DNA of 64,000 nucleotides from the human T2T-CHM13v2.0 reference genome, Homo sapiens: NCBI RefSeq assembly GCF_009914755.1, contig NC_060926.1; one strand, given 5' to 3'. Both the position numbers and the translations under genes were made by a program. A model generated the notes under the pieces. The model was not told where the DNA came from, made no database searches, and saw only the letters and a list, made by a program, of their open reading frames with translations. Positions within the stretch are counted from its first letter, which is position 1. Each line of letters opens with the position of its first letter. Positions 38,126 to 52,371 of the stretch are shown piece after piece.

Positions 38126-41100
38126 CAGTCATTCTGATTTATGAACAGTAATGGATCTACACAGCAGTAGATGTGTAGAAACTAACAGCTTCTCGTTAGT
38201 TTTCTCAACAATTAGGAACTTAAAAAACACAAAATAGTAACAATCCTCACAGTAAGGACAAAGAATGCAGAAGAGTTCATACACCCAACACTTAAAAGAA
38301 TAAAACTGTATTACTTTTATATGTATATATAGATACATAAATGTATATATATTGGAGAAGAGGGAAAGATATATGTGAGAACTAAGATGTTAGCTATTTC
38401 CCCATAACTGTTATTAAATTATGTTGAGCTAGGAAAGCACTTAAGCAGGAAAGTATGAACACTGCCAATCTCAGAATGTAACGCTTATTATCTTTAAAAG
38501 CATTTTGTTACTTTCATAATACCTGAAGTGAAGTAATAATGTCAGTCACTTAACCAGATCTTAGAGTATAATATCTTCATCTTAAGTACTATTATTTCCA
38601 GTATTTTAATAATTTCCACAAAGTGCCAGAATGTGATCTTTTGTGCTATGATGACACTTAAATTAATAGCATAATTTTCTGGTACTTGCAACAGTTGTTT
38701 TCAATTCTGATCTTTTTTATTCTTCCCTATAATACTTGCAGATAAATCCCCTAATAATCCTTTTTTTTTCTTTATCTTTGGGGGATTCCAAAAGTATAAA
38801 TAGAATAAGAGAATATTAAGAAATAAAGCTTTTTAAGAAATTTAATTTTAGTATTACTTGCAATATCTCCATCAGGTATCTTTAAACAGGTGATAAATCT
38901 AAATATTCAGTTCATTTGAAGTTACTTACAGGCTTCATTGATGTTTTCAACTCTTTCTACAGGTATATCTGTAACTGAATTTGTCTGGTCAAACACTGTT
39001 ATCTGTCAAGCAATCCGTAAAGAACATATCACCTCTTCTATACTTAAGTTATTTTGACTATAACTGATCACTGATCACCCATCATTTAAAAAATCTGCTA
39101 GTGTTTTTCATTCATGTGAAAAGGGTATCTGCCCACAGGACCAAATGAAACATAGTCACCTCATGTGTAGCCATCACAGAGTAACTATAGCAATTCCACT
39201 TTTGAAAAGTGAAAGAAAGAAAGCTCCTCAAGCACATGCTGAAAATAAGTAGGTACTTTCAATCTTATCCTTAGCATCCTATATTGTGTACTATTCAAAA
39301 AGAAAAAAAAAAAAAAAAGGCCAAGCCAATTAGTGGACCAGAAAAAAAGAAAGAAAAAAGAAAAAAGACTAGCTTTTTGTTCCAGTTAGGTTATACCCAA
39401 AAGGGTGCTACCATCCATAAAGAAAAAAGTTAGCTATATCTAATTTTTCATCACTCTAAAATCAATGAAATAAAAAAAGATCATAAAAACCTTTACATCA
39501 CATAAGTTCAAAACTAATAGAAAGAATACCAATTTGCTGCTAGCTGACAATGTTATTCTCACAGCCAGAGCCAAGGAACTAACAGTGACATCATTTAATT
39601 AATTAATTAATACTGTCTCAGTGTCTCTACTATTTACAAACTCCAATATTTTCCAATTCTATATCTATCTAATAAATTGGTTTGGCTTCTAAAATTCAAC
39701 TTTTATTTTGGCACAAAAAGATGAGGGGGGAATATTTTCTAGCTCTAAGTATTAACATTTCTTAGTGATGCTAGGAGGTCATATTTGAATTAACACTTTT
39801 TGTCACTGAAGTATCTATCATTTCTGTCTTCAACCTATTGGATCTTTATTCTCCAATGGGCATGTTTTTCAGAAATGAAGGTTTAAAACTTATAAACACA
39901 TACATGCATGCATGCACAAGCATATAAACACCCACATATTCCAAATTAGCCCCTGGATTATAAAAAAAAAAATTCAAATAGACATATAGACATAGTGTAT
40001 CAATTTACCAGAGTCCCTGTCAGGAACAAAACATGAGAGAATGTTAATAAATTATACTCGCATTAAAATAAATTTGCTTCACTAATATTGAAAAAAATAA
40101 TTTTTATCCAAAAGTATTTTAAAATATTGATCACAACATTAAAGGAGTCATTTGGAGACTGATACTCACATGTTTTCTCTTACTTAGGACACCTGCTATA
40201 TAAGAATATTTTACTGAGTTACTCCAAACCATAACATTAAGCATTAAGTTCATCAAAGTACTCACAATATATTAACCAATAAAACTGTGAAACCAAACAG
40301 TATTTCTCTCAACATCTCTTATCTCTGTTATTTATAGTACAATGTATATGTAGTCACCTTCCACATCCACGTAGCCTGGTGAGATTGACCATGATTTTTC
40401 ATTAATCATCCCTATTTCATTTTTGAGCATAGAAAACTCCTTGTTTACTGCACGTAAATAAAATGCTGTCTTTAAAGTCTTTAACATATACATAATTCAA
40501 TATATAGATAATAATTGCTGTCTGACAGATATGTGTGTATAAATCCACAAATATACAATATCATTACACATGGAGAGAGACTACTTCTTTGCCCATATTA
40601 GCTCTCACTATATTAAGAGTTCACCAGTTTACAAACTGCATTAACTCCCTACATCACTTTGTACATTTGTACAGCATTTTACAATTCAAAAGGATTTTCA
40701 TATACAACACCCCAATTTGTTCTCATATGTAATCTATGACACAGATATTCTTTCTCTCTTTTTATAAATAAGTAATTTACACAAGGTCATGCACTGGTAA
40801 AGACAGAGCCAGAATTTGATCCAGACTTTAAGACTCTGTATTCTCTTTATACTATGCTACAGTGGCTGAGCAGATATGAAGCCTACTGTGAAGGTCTATA
40901 GTAAAGTCATATTTATTAACATCAGCAAGTAAATCAGTTAACGTACCAATGAAGGCATTTGATTAAAAAAACCTGTTCCATGCAACTAGTTTCTTTGGGT
41001 CTTTAAATTCATGAGAGAGCTTTGCCATTCCACAAGTATCTCATGTGCTCAAAATGCACAGATCTCAAATCTTCTACAAAGCTTAAACCAATTTTTATAA

Positions 41101-43062
41101 TCTTAGAAATCAACTGAAACTATAGCGATATAATATCTTCTTTAATCTGGCAAGTAAGTGAGATTCAAAGTCATATATCCATCCCACTGCCCATAAAACA
41201 CATTTACTTAAGAAATACCATTGGTATTTTAGTATATGGAGGTTGAATGAGTTATAACAACTTAGAAAACTAAAGAAATGGAAAAGTTTTTTAAAAAGTG
41301 ACCTCTAGGAATAATAAAAACGAGGGTGACAAAGGAAAATTAATCACCGTTAACCACATTACATTAGACATAAGTAACCACATTACTTATATCTACATAG
41401 GATACAAATATCTTCATAATAATGTAAACACTGAATATTATTATCCAAATTACAATATAGTTATTTGGGGAAAGCAGGAAGATAGGATGGAGTGAGGGTA
41501 GGTGGAGAAAACAACAAACTCCTCATTATCTACGGTGGAATTTAGTAGATAATGCCTAAAACAAAAAGTAGTATAAATACAAAAGCATGTAATGACAAAT
41601 TAACTACTGAAAGAATCAGCTAACAGCCAAAAGTGTTTGCCCCTGGAGAAACAGGTGAGATGAAGGCTATGCTGTTTTTTCTAAAAAGAAAACAAAAACA
41701 ACAACAACAAAAAACCTTGCAAACTTAACTTCTGAAGCTATGTTCACATATTTGATCAAAATAAAACATTTTAAAAAATCAATAGCTTGCCCACATCCTG
41801 ATGATCAACTAAAAAATACAATTAAAAAGATTGCATTAAAAATAACAAAAATTTTAAAATACTTAAGAAAAAATTCAACAAAAATATGTAACATGTAGAT
41901 TAAGAAATCATTGCTACTTTACTGAAGGACCTAAGTAAATGTAGAGATAAATGTTTTTCTAGATTTTGGCCATATTAATTCTTAATTTGCTGGATAAACG
42001 TAAACCCAATTGTAACTAAAACCCAAGTAATTCTAAGAATTATTTGGAATAACAAATGCACAGTATTATCAATGATATTTTTTAAATGAAACTTTGTTAA
42101 GTGACAAGCATAGTTTCAAAACAATTATACAATGACACCTCAATACTACTGCCTAAATAAAAGCATTAATGGTAACTTTACATTTTAATTTTAGTTGCTT
42201 GTATTTTTCCTCTTTCTCTTCTTTTTTAGAATCAATATAGGCTGCTTTTTAAATAAATAATTAGCTATCGAGAAAGAAAAATAAAAGAAAGGCAGCTGAT
42301 AGGTGACTAAGTCTATAGGTCAAATGACTGCTACGCTTATACTTTTTCTACCATATCACATAATCTCAATAATAAATTTTCTTTGTTTTGATCCCTTTGA
42401 TGTCTTTTCAGCCATACCACTGTGGCAACAGTAAGACTGCCAACAAAGAAAAAGCATAAGAAATTAACCAATTTAAGAGTGAATAAAATTCCACTACTGT
42501 AAGTCCTCCAACAAAAACAGCAGAGGAAAAAATGGAAAGAAAAAGAATCCAGTTGGTCAAAAGAACTTCCACAGGATTATTACAGTGAAAAACTAGGGGA
42601 TTTGCCCCAACACTGTGTTTGTTTTAAACTCGATTTATTTTTCTTTACATATCCATGAAAAGAAAAAAGGTTCACCATTTCCATATACAGTACATACGAA
42701 CTGAGGCAAAGGGCAGTTATGTGACTTGTCTGAATAATACAATTAAATTAATGACTGAATTGTAAACACAACTTAGAATACCCAAATGCTAGTATACTGC
42801 TCTAACTAATGGATAATGCTCCCTGCTATGTAATAGGACTGACTCCTTTAATTACAAATTCTTCATTCACCATCAGATTATCAGCCAGAGGCTTTATCAT
42901 TAGTTTTGCTCTTCTTGCATTCATGGCATTATTCCAAGAATGTAAGATTTCCATGATAAAAAAATATAAAGACCACTATTTACTACACCACACTGAACCT
43001 GAGGATTCCAACTGCCCATGGCAAGAATACTTCACCAAGCCTGCACTTAGTGGCACACTTAC

Positions 43063-43107
43063 AGGCAAAACCGCAATTTTCACATCCATTTTTGCTTGAT
43101 CAGTGAC
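43063..43107 (-). CDS. FANCL: Candidate FANCL in-frame cassette exon between exons 7 and 8: VTDQAKMDVKIAVLP
   Basis: ttccttttgtccAG|GTC ACT...TTG CCT|GTAAGT; 45 nt, phase 0-0, no stop codon. Confidence 0.65.
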
Positions 43108-46100
43108 CTGGACAAAAGGAATTTCGTTTTTTTATAATCATAATATCAGTGCACTTAAAATCTGACATTTAGGCATTCTACAGTCTCAGTCAAGAGTATT
43201 TACACATCTGACCTGTATGTAAAATTCTAAAGCATTAAGGATATATTTTGAAGCATTTGTGATGTTAGAAAGTAGAATAAAATTATGAGATGTTCTCATC
43301 GTCTATGCTAAAATCTATAAAAGATTAACTGAGCAAACAAATAAAGCAAATATCTAGAAAGAGGTGCTTAGACACTTGTCTTTGAGAAGCACTTTGTGCT
43401 TCTTTGGCACATATCATGGCAGCAATAGTAGCAGCAGCCTTGCCCTTGGTGCTGATTTCTTACTACTCTAAATGTCTCCTCTGAGCCAGAATACACTGGC
43501 TGTTGCTGATCATGCTGTGAGACACCTGCACTGGCTACTAGGCTTGTCATGACGCACAAAACCCTACCATCTTCAGCTTGACATTGTGCAAGTTATAATT
43601 ATTCATCCAAATGAATATGTCAGAGCAGCAGCAGCAGACCTCTCATCAGAGCAAAAGAAAAATACATCAAAACATTATCAACCCAGCAGGAAGACAGGGA
43701 CCATAAGGAAAATTACCCATTTTTAATATGGATGCCACAAAGCCATGTCTATTATATCACAAAAAAAAAAGAAAAATAAAGATCTTCCAAGTTTAAAGTC
43801 CAGAAACACTGACTCCAAAGAGAAAATACACAAAAGCAGAAAGGGATTTTTAAAAAATCAATTATCTGAAATCTATTTACCATCTCTTAAATCTAACTCT
43901 GCTATTAAACTACAACAGTAACATTTATATTGCTTGAGAGACAACTGTTTAAAAATTGTTTTAAAAAAACTCCCACAAGCAGAATTGTTTTCAGCCAGCC
44001 AATTAAAAAAGATTACACATAACAAGAAGTCTCACATTTCTTCTTATTTTCAAAACATAAACTATCAACACTCTTATCATGTCTAAAAGACTCAGAGTTC
44101 ACACTGCTGGTACCATCCAAAGTCCTTATGATATACAGCCAGAATCTTATAGGTAAATGATATATTTTTTAAACTTTCTAAATATTAATGGCATGTGTAA
44201 AAGAAAAACTGTGAAATCAGCCCCCAACCCGCACAAATGAAGAAGACACATTCAAATTGTATAAGCATATAGAATATAGGGGCTATCTCATACTTAAATA
44301 CTTAAATAGCAAAAATACCTTTCTGAACTATAGCAGAATATCTTTTCAGAAAAATATATGAAAGATTTTATTTGAAACACAACAGAAACCACAAGAGAAG
44401 GATGTGACCAGACTGAAAGTTAAACTCTGTATGACAAAATATATACAAAGTTAAAAGACATGCCACAGAGATATTTATATCCCATATAACTAACAAAAAA
44501 TTAGTATCAAAATATAGATAAAATGTTTATAATAAAAGGAAAAAAATATAGGCTAAGGCTATGGACACAATAATAACTATAAACTTATAAGAAGGTCAGA
44601 CTAAGATGAGACTAAAGCTTGCAAAGAATATGCATTGCTGAATGGGAATATAAACTTATACAACAATCTAGGGAAGGCAATTTGTCAATACTGCGTAACC
44701 CCAAAGAGGCACATAGCCTGAAATCCAGCATTTTCACTTCTAGGAAAAACCCATACTAAAAGTCTCATACATGTGCACAAGGAAACATGGAAGGATGTTC
44801 ACTGCAGCACTGTTTGTCAGAATTTGTGAATAACCTTATCAGTAGTGCTACAGATAAATCAAGTTGCTGATTAACATAATGGAATAATATAAAGTATTTA
44901 AAATAAATATAGTAGACAAACATAAGATTATGGCTAAATCACTGAAATTATATAATGTTAAAAAAAGAGACTGCAAATATGGCATAAACAAATATGGCAA
45001 AAAGTATGCACGGATGGCCTATATACCAATTTTGGGTAAACAGTTACTACTTAAAGGGAGAGAAGCAAAGAAAGGAAAGATGGGAAGGAGGGACAGAAAA
45101 GGGGGTCAGGTCTTAGCTATTCTTAAAACATTTTATTTTTAAGACAAAGAGAAATATAGATGTATCTGAACCAAAAGTGACAAAATATTAACATTTGTCA
45201 AATCTGAGTTGTGATAAAAGGCTGTTTTAATTTATCTGTATTTTGCTTAGAATTTCAGTATATTCCACAAATTAAGAATTTATAACACTCATTACTACGA
45301 ATTCTACATTTTCTTAGAGTTACTACAAAACAAAACTTGTATGACCCAATTAAACCTGAAACTTAAATTTGAATTAATATTATTAATATAATATTTATTC
45401 CATGCTTATATGAATAAGGCACTGAGCATGTGGATATAAAATTTAAAAGAAATTGCCTTCAAAGACTTTCCAGTCTAGTAGAGAGTCACAAACTGATTTT
45501 GTTAAATAACAAAATAAAGTACTAAACAATCTTTTCATGGCATTGCAAACTTTTCCACAGATAAATGCCTGGGGAAACTTCTAGAATTATCTACATCTAA
45601 AACACAAAGAAACTCATAAACAGTGTATTTTTCAACCTTGGAATTGTGATAAATATTAAAGTATAATTTAGAAATAACACCTGGAAAGAGTAACACAACC
45701 TAGCTATAATATTTTCTCATGATCTCACTTAAAACATCAAGATTGAACTTCCAGAGCCAAATAGAAAATGTGTATTTTAAAAAAAGGGACATGGGTCTCA
45801 TGAAATTTTTTTAAAATAAAAAAAGAAAGCTATAAAATTTATGCATAATTCCAATTCTTTAATAGAAAAAAAAATCAACATAGTATTTTACTTATAGCAT
45901 ACATCAAAATACCAAAAGCAAATTACAGGCTCTCTCTTCTCTATTTTGCTATGTTTTCTCAACTTCCATTGTGGGGAGATTGGGACTTTAAAAAAAAAAA
46001 CAATAAAAGGATATGAGAAAAATAATTTTTGGATAAATACAATATATAATTAAAATGGCATTTTGGCCTTGACAAGACTATTTAAATCCTATTAGGCTTT

Positions 46101-46863
46101 TTATTTTTTTACTAATTTCTTATATATTTACTTTACTCATGTATTTATGTTTTAAAATACAAGCATAATTTTTTATTTAAATCTAACCAAAATTTTATAG
46201 CCAAAATGAGTAGCCTCCATTTACGGAATATTTGTAAAATGTCACTAGAAATGTTTTTTCTCTTTGCCTAAGAATAAAAATGTTCTCTCCATTTTGCTAT
46301 CAACTGCCACAATTTACTTGGTGAAAGAACTATGCCCTAACTAATCACATTGTGCCACATCCTTAAAAATCACACACATGAAATGGTGATAGTACTACCG
46401 ATAATCATACCACCTTATATCTATGTTATAGTTTACAGTGCACTTCTAAAAAACATTATCTTGCTAATATCATCAATGTACTGCGAAATTCAACTGACAG
46501 AAGCAGGAGAATCTTCTGTATTCTTTACTCAAAATATTGAATGTTCTAAAGCACAAAATAAAAGAATATAATCAAAGTTTAAAGATGAACTAAGGACAAA
46601 TACTTTAAAACAATAAAAATGGAGTAGAAATGCCAAGGTTTATGTTTTCAGTCATAATTCATTCTCCTCTGAAAAGGATTCTCTGATATTATGTAATCAA
46701 TGTCAAAAGTTTTAGCAATATAAAACATTTCACTCAACTTTTCAGTTACCATTCACTGCTTTCTACAGAGTTCTTTGGAATTTAAATTTAAAGGAAAATG
46801 TCTGTCAAAAGTGCTTCTGCATGTTTACTGAAAATGAAGCATAAATATCTACAGGCTGGATGG

Positions 46864-46937
46864 TGTGTGTGTGTGTGTGCGTGTGTGTGTGTGTATTTAT
46901 GCATGGGTGTGGGTGTGAGTGGGTGTGTTTGTGTGTG
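46864..46937. repeat. (TG)n microsatellite with degenerate extension
   Basis: TG run read directly. Confidence 0.9.
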
Positions 46938-47090
46938 CATGTAGAGAGGGAGAAAGAAAATGGACATTAACTGTAAGGAAATATAAAAGAAGCATTATAG
47001 AAGGTGTGTTTATAAATAAATGCTTAAGGAAAACTGAAAAAACAAAGATTACTTCATAACCTATAATGACTACCTAAGTAAAAACAGTTA

Positions 47091-47375
47091 CAGTTGGCCC
47101 TACCCACGGATTCCACATGTGCAGATTCAACCAACTGCAGACAGAAAATATTCAAAAATAAATAAATAACATAACTATTTACAGTATAACAACTACTTAC
47201 ATGGCAAATGCATTGTATTAGGTATTATAATCTAGAGATAACTTAAAGTATACAGAAGAGTGTGCACAGGCTATAAACAAAGTCCCATTTATATAAGAGA
47301 TTTGGGTATGCATGGATTTTGGTATTTACAGAGGGCCCAAGAAATAATCCCCCCATGGATACTCTGGGACAACTG
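47091..47375. mobile_element. MER2-like Tigger MITE
   Basis: TA|CAGTTGGCCC...GGGACAACTG|TA terminal inverted repeats with TA duplication. Confidence 0.85.
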
Positions 47376-47427
47376 TACTTTTTAATTACTTAAAACAAAT
47401 TTAAGAATTTACCTGAGGAGAATTTAC

Positions 47428-47496
47428 CTGAGGTGTCCAGGAGGCACAAAATGGAACAGGAAAATCCACAAAATAATCTGGTGATTCTGCAGGATA
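47428..47496 (-). CDS. FANCL: FANCL exon 7: YPAESPDYFVDFPVPFCASWTPQ; extends to 47413 (+VNSPQ) when the second donor is used
   Basis: ttttttaatAG|TAT CCT GCA...CCT CAG|GTAAAT; 69 or 84 nt, phase 0. Confidence 0.97.
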
Positions 47497-47581
47497 CTAT
47501 TAAAAAAGCATAACATTAGACCATTTTTGCTTCTGTGTGTTAATATCACTGAGGTATTTTAGAAAAACTAGATGTATTAGG

Positions 47582-47909
<328 letters not shown>

Positions 47910-50900
47910 TTATTATAACTGAAAATGTATTACATATAAATATTTTTGCTCCACTTTCATAGTGATGTGAAGAGCTTATTTATAGTCAACCTATGGAGGT
48001 GCAAGTTTGGTGATTTGGAAGTGCCAAAGCAATCGGTGTTGAGTAAAAGGTAATGAATTAAGTCAGCGTTGTGTCAGCTGCTGAAGTTATGATTTGAGGA
48101 ATGAACCAAACTGGATCTCTGTTTATCTTTAAAATAAGAGATCAAATGAGTTGATATTTAATTTTCTTCTAGTCCTAAATTTAATTTCAAATAGCATCAG
48201 TCACTATTTAAATAGGCAGTATCAGTTAAAGGAATTAAGAAATACACAAACATGAATACATATAGCTGTCAATTTAAAAAATTATTTTCTATATTAAAGA
48301 TATTAATTTTAGCAAGAAGATAAAAAGAATGAAATATCTTCTGGCTTATTAAGAAAAAATAAAACAGTTTTTAGCAAGAAAAACCTTTGAAAGATTGCTA
48401 AATACAAAATTATTTCTTCAACTAGTCATATAAAAACTGGCAGTCATGAGGACAAACCAAGTTTTTAAGTTAACAAAGGCAAAAGATAAAATTTCTTAAA
48501 ATCAATTTCCTTATTAGAGAATCATACTTAATGATTTCTCTATAATCCAATTCTGATTCTTCAAAGTCACATGTAATTAAAAATACCCATTTCTTTTCAT
48601 TAAAAAGCTAAATGTACTGAAAGAAAATTAGTTTTAGGAAATCTTTCATTTGACAAATTATTAAAAGAAGTTTTAGGCTTTCACTTTTTTCAGCCTCTTA
48701 TTTTTCAGTACTCTGCTGGGTAAGTAAAAGGGAAGAAAAAAATCACTACAGTATTTAACAAACATTTGAAATCAACACTTTCAAAAAAATTAACATTTAG
48801 CTACAATAATAAGTTGGCTAAAAAGATTTACTATCAATATACACTCTGACTAATGGAATCTGGCTATGTAGAACTAATTAACACAAAGGCAAATAGATAA
48901 GAAATCATATAAAAATATTCCAGTGGTCTACTTCTGGAAAAAAAAAAAAAGAAAAAAATATCATGCTGAAATTAAAAGAGGAAGTTCTATTTCAGACAAT
49001 TAAAAATATCAGATGATGTGCTTCAGAGTATCATTGCTGTAATCACTGGAAAAACAATTTGTATGCCATATTTAAAAATCGTGATTATCTCAAAGTAAAT
49101 GTAGACAGAGACCTCAGCTTTCTTTGGTTCCAGCTCTGCTAACTAAGTTGTATGATCCTGAACAAGTCATTTAATTTCTCTGGCTGTTTCACATGTAAAA
49201 ATGACAAAACTCAACTAGAAGTGTTACAAAATCTCTTTTCCTTCTAAAATGTCAAAATTCTTTAAAAATAATGTGCACTTGAAACCTCTGTGGGTCAAAA
49301 ATGGAAAATTTAGTTCATTTTGAGTTGCTATTTATCTTAGTGATGCTGACAATGAACAATATCAACTCTCTAACTTCAATGAATCATCAATGTAGATAAA
49401 ATAAGACTAATGAAATGTTTACTGTATTTGGAGTAGATACACAAAGTAAAGTATCTGTGGCCCCATTAAGTACATACACAGCTCATTATGCTAAAAGAGA
49501 GTAAGATACTACATTCAAGTAGGATTCAGTATAGTAAATGGTATCAATGTCCTGATATGGAAAGAGATCCACAAACAGTTAAACAAAAAAGCAAGTTAGA
49601 GTAAATATATGATCCTACATATATAAATGAGTCCAGTATGTAGTTTCTGAGATAATGACATCTTTCAAATATATTTTTATATTTGTAATACAATATGTAT
49701 ATAATAAATTAGACTGATCTTTATGCAAGTGGCTTTACTTCATATCTGAGTTAAATGAGTATTTGCAATATGTGTTAATTACATTCATGTGCAAAATCAA
49801 TTTTGTTTATATAACAAACCTCACATAACAGTACAGAGCTTAAAAAGAACATTTATGTAAGTCTGGATGATTTATCATAAATATTAAAATATAAACTAGC
49901 ATACTAGATATTCATTTTCAGAATAGCTTCTGAATTATAATAGTATTAACTACAGTGTAGATGACTAAATACAATATAAGAAAGTAACTTGATCAAAATT
50001 AAGATACTTTTCAATAATAAGTTGTATAGGTATATATAAAACCACTGACAACTAATTGTCAAAACTTTTCCTTTCAAAAGTAATTTACAACAACAAAAGC
50101 TCCATATCATATAGGAATATTAACTGAAAAATAAGTATAGTATTTAATTATTTTCAAGTAAAACATAGTTCTCCAAATCTCATTTGCAGAAAATCAAATC
50201 AATAACTAAAAAAAAAGATTACATAATATTAAGTATATATTTTTATCACACACAGTATTTTTTAGACTCTATAATATTAATATATTCTAAAACAAATTTT
50301 AACCAAGTCTGTTCTGTGACTAGACTACCTAAGCAGTAAGGCTGATCCCCAAGTAAATACATACAAATTGCAGCAGAGAAAGAGTGCCCACCCTCTGATG
50401 CATATATGTAATTTGTTTTTCAAGTAGTACTGATCTTGATTGACCAAAGCTGAGGAAGCCCTGGGCTGCTACTTTTGTAAAGCAAAGGTAATTCAGTACT
50501 GAATGCACTGTAAGCATTGCATAAAAATATACCTATAAAAACCAAAAAATTTATCTGGTTTACTTCTACTTATTTATTATTTACATATTTACTTTTAATA
50601 AAGGACATCTAGTCAAAATAGGTATTTGTTTTCTTTGTGAGTTTCTTGGAGATCGTGAGGGGAAGTGGTAGAATTGGGAAAGTATGTATTCCAGAATAAA
50701 TAGAACAAATGCATTTATTTACTGTATATTTAAAAAATCAAGTAACAGAAATAAAGGTTTGTGTATTTATGAAAAAAGCCTACTTTGAGGTATGTTATTA
50801 ATAAAAAAAATTCAGCATTCCACTTAAAACTTAGTTTGGATTAAGATTTTGCATAATATACTCTTAACATACAGTTAACGTTTCAACTATTAGTGTAGTT

Positions 50901-51095
50901 GACTGACAATCGCAGGCCCAATTTCTTTTTTTTTCCCTAAAATTTTTGTTTCCTAAAATATTTTTCAGTTAATATTCCTATATGTGGAGTTTTTGTTGTT
51001 GTAAATTACTTTTGAAAGTAAAAGTTTGACAATTAGTTGCTGGTGGTTTTATATATACCTATACCTTTTTCCTAAAAAAAAAAAAAAAAAAAAAA

Positions 51096-52371
51096 GACTT
51101 CCTGGTTTTCTTCAAATTCTCATGTTTCCCCAGTGATTACTAGGTAAATGATTAATATGCTGAACTTGTTTATTCTACTTATTTGTCCAAATTCACAATC
51201 TAGAACTAACTTTTTTTTCCTAAAAAAAAAAATTATCACATCTCAAAGACAGCTATGGTGTATATATGAAAGCTAAGCTAAATTGAGAAATAAAGATTCT
51301 AATAAATCATACCAACATAAGATTCAGTTACATGCTTTTGTTTTTCCAAAACAGTTTTTTTTTTCTTTTTTTGCCAAATTCCTTCCCAGCTTAAATAAAG
51401 CTTTCTCTTCTCTTTTGCAAGAATATCTATAAAAGTGCTTCGTAACTACAGATGTTGCAAAACTGACCCTGGAAAATATTCTCCAGAGAAATACTAAAAG
51501 CATCATCTTATCTACCTTGAAAAAGTATAGAAAAAAGCAGACAAAATGGACCATATTAAATTGTCACAACCTCACTCTGAATACTGCCAATAAATGAACT
51601 AAATGTCATCAACTTGGATTAAAATCTTGTAGGTATAGTTAAAGGCAGCACAAATTTACAGCAACATCTTCTTAGGAAGTAGAAGAGCTTGTAAAAATGA
51701 GGACAGGGTGTATTTAAAATCTTTAGTTTTGGTCTTCATAGAAAAACGGCTAATTTTACTAAGGTACAAAATATAAACAAATAGAGCTTTGAAGGAAATG
51801 ACAGAACCCTTGCCACTGGCAACATGTGACCCTTTGGAAGGATAAAGGCAAATTTCTCTTAAAAAAAAAAAAAAAGCACACTTTTACAAACTAAAAAATA
51901 AAAATCTTTTCAATTTAATAAAAATAATTATCTAACTTATTTTACAAATAATGAGATTTCCATCCCACTAATTTTTTCCAAGACTTATCACATATGGATC
52001 TTAAAATTAGACCTACATACATATTCTGTGTGTGAGAGAATTAGTCATTTCTCAACCTGTCTGTTATAGAACCACTATAAGATATCAACTTTTCTGTGTC
52101 ATCCAGTACAGCTTTAGATATTAATTTTCTCTTGTGGAAAGCTTAAATGCCAGACACATTTTTAAAAAGGACAAACACAATTGATCTTTTCATCACTACA
52201 ATCTTCTGAAAAAGAGTTGATTGATTGACTCCAAGAATAATTAAAAAAAAAAAGTTGGACATCCTGGTTTTCTTCAAATTCTCATGTTTCTCCAGTGATT
52301 ACTAGGTAAATGATTAATATGCTAAACTTGTTTATTTTACTTATTTGTCCAAATTCACAATTTAGAACTAA
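51096..52371 (+). repeat. 114-bp dispersed direct repeat (51096-51209 and 52258-52371), 5 mismatches
   Basis: Manual alignment of 'gac(t/a)tcctggttttcttcaaattctcatg...tagaactaa'. Confidence 0.93.

Noticed and set aside
42809-43099. 96-aa + strand ATG ORF overlapping the cassette exon in antisense
   Set aside because: No homology recognised and no splice or promoter support on the + strand; the - strand exon explains the local signal better.
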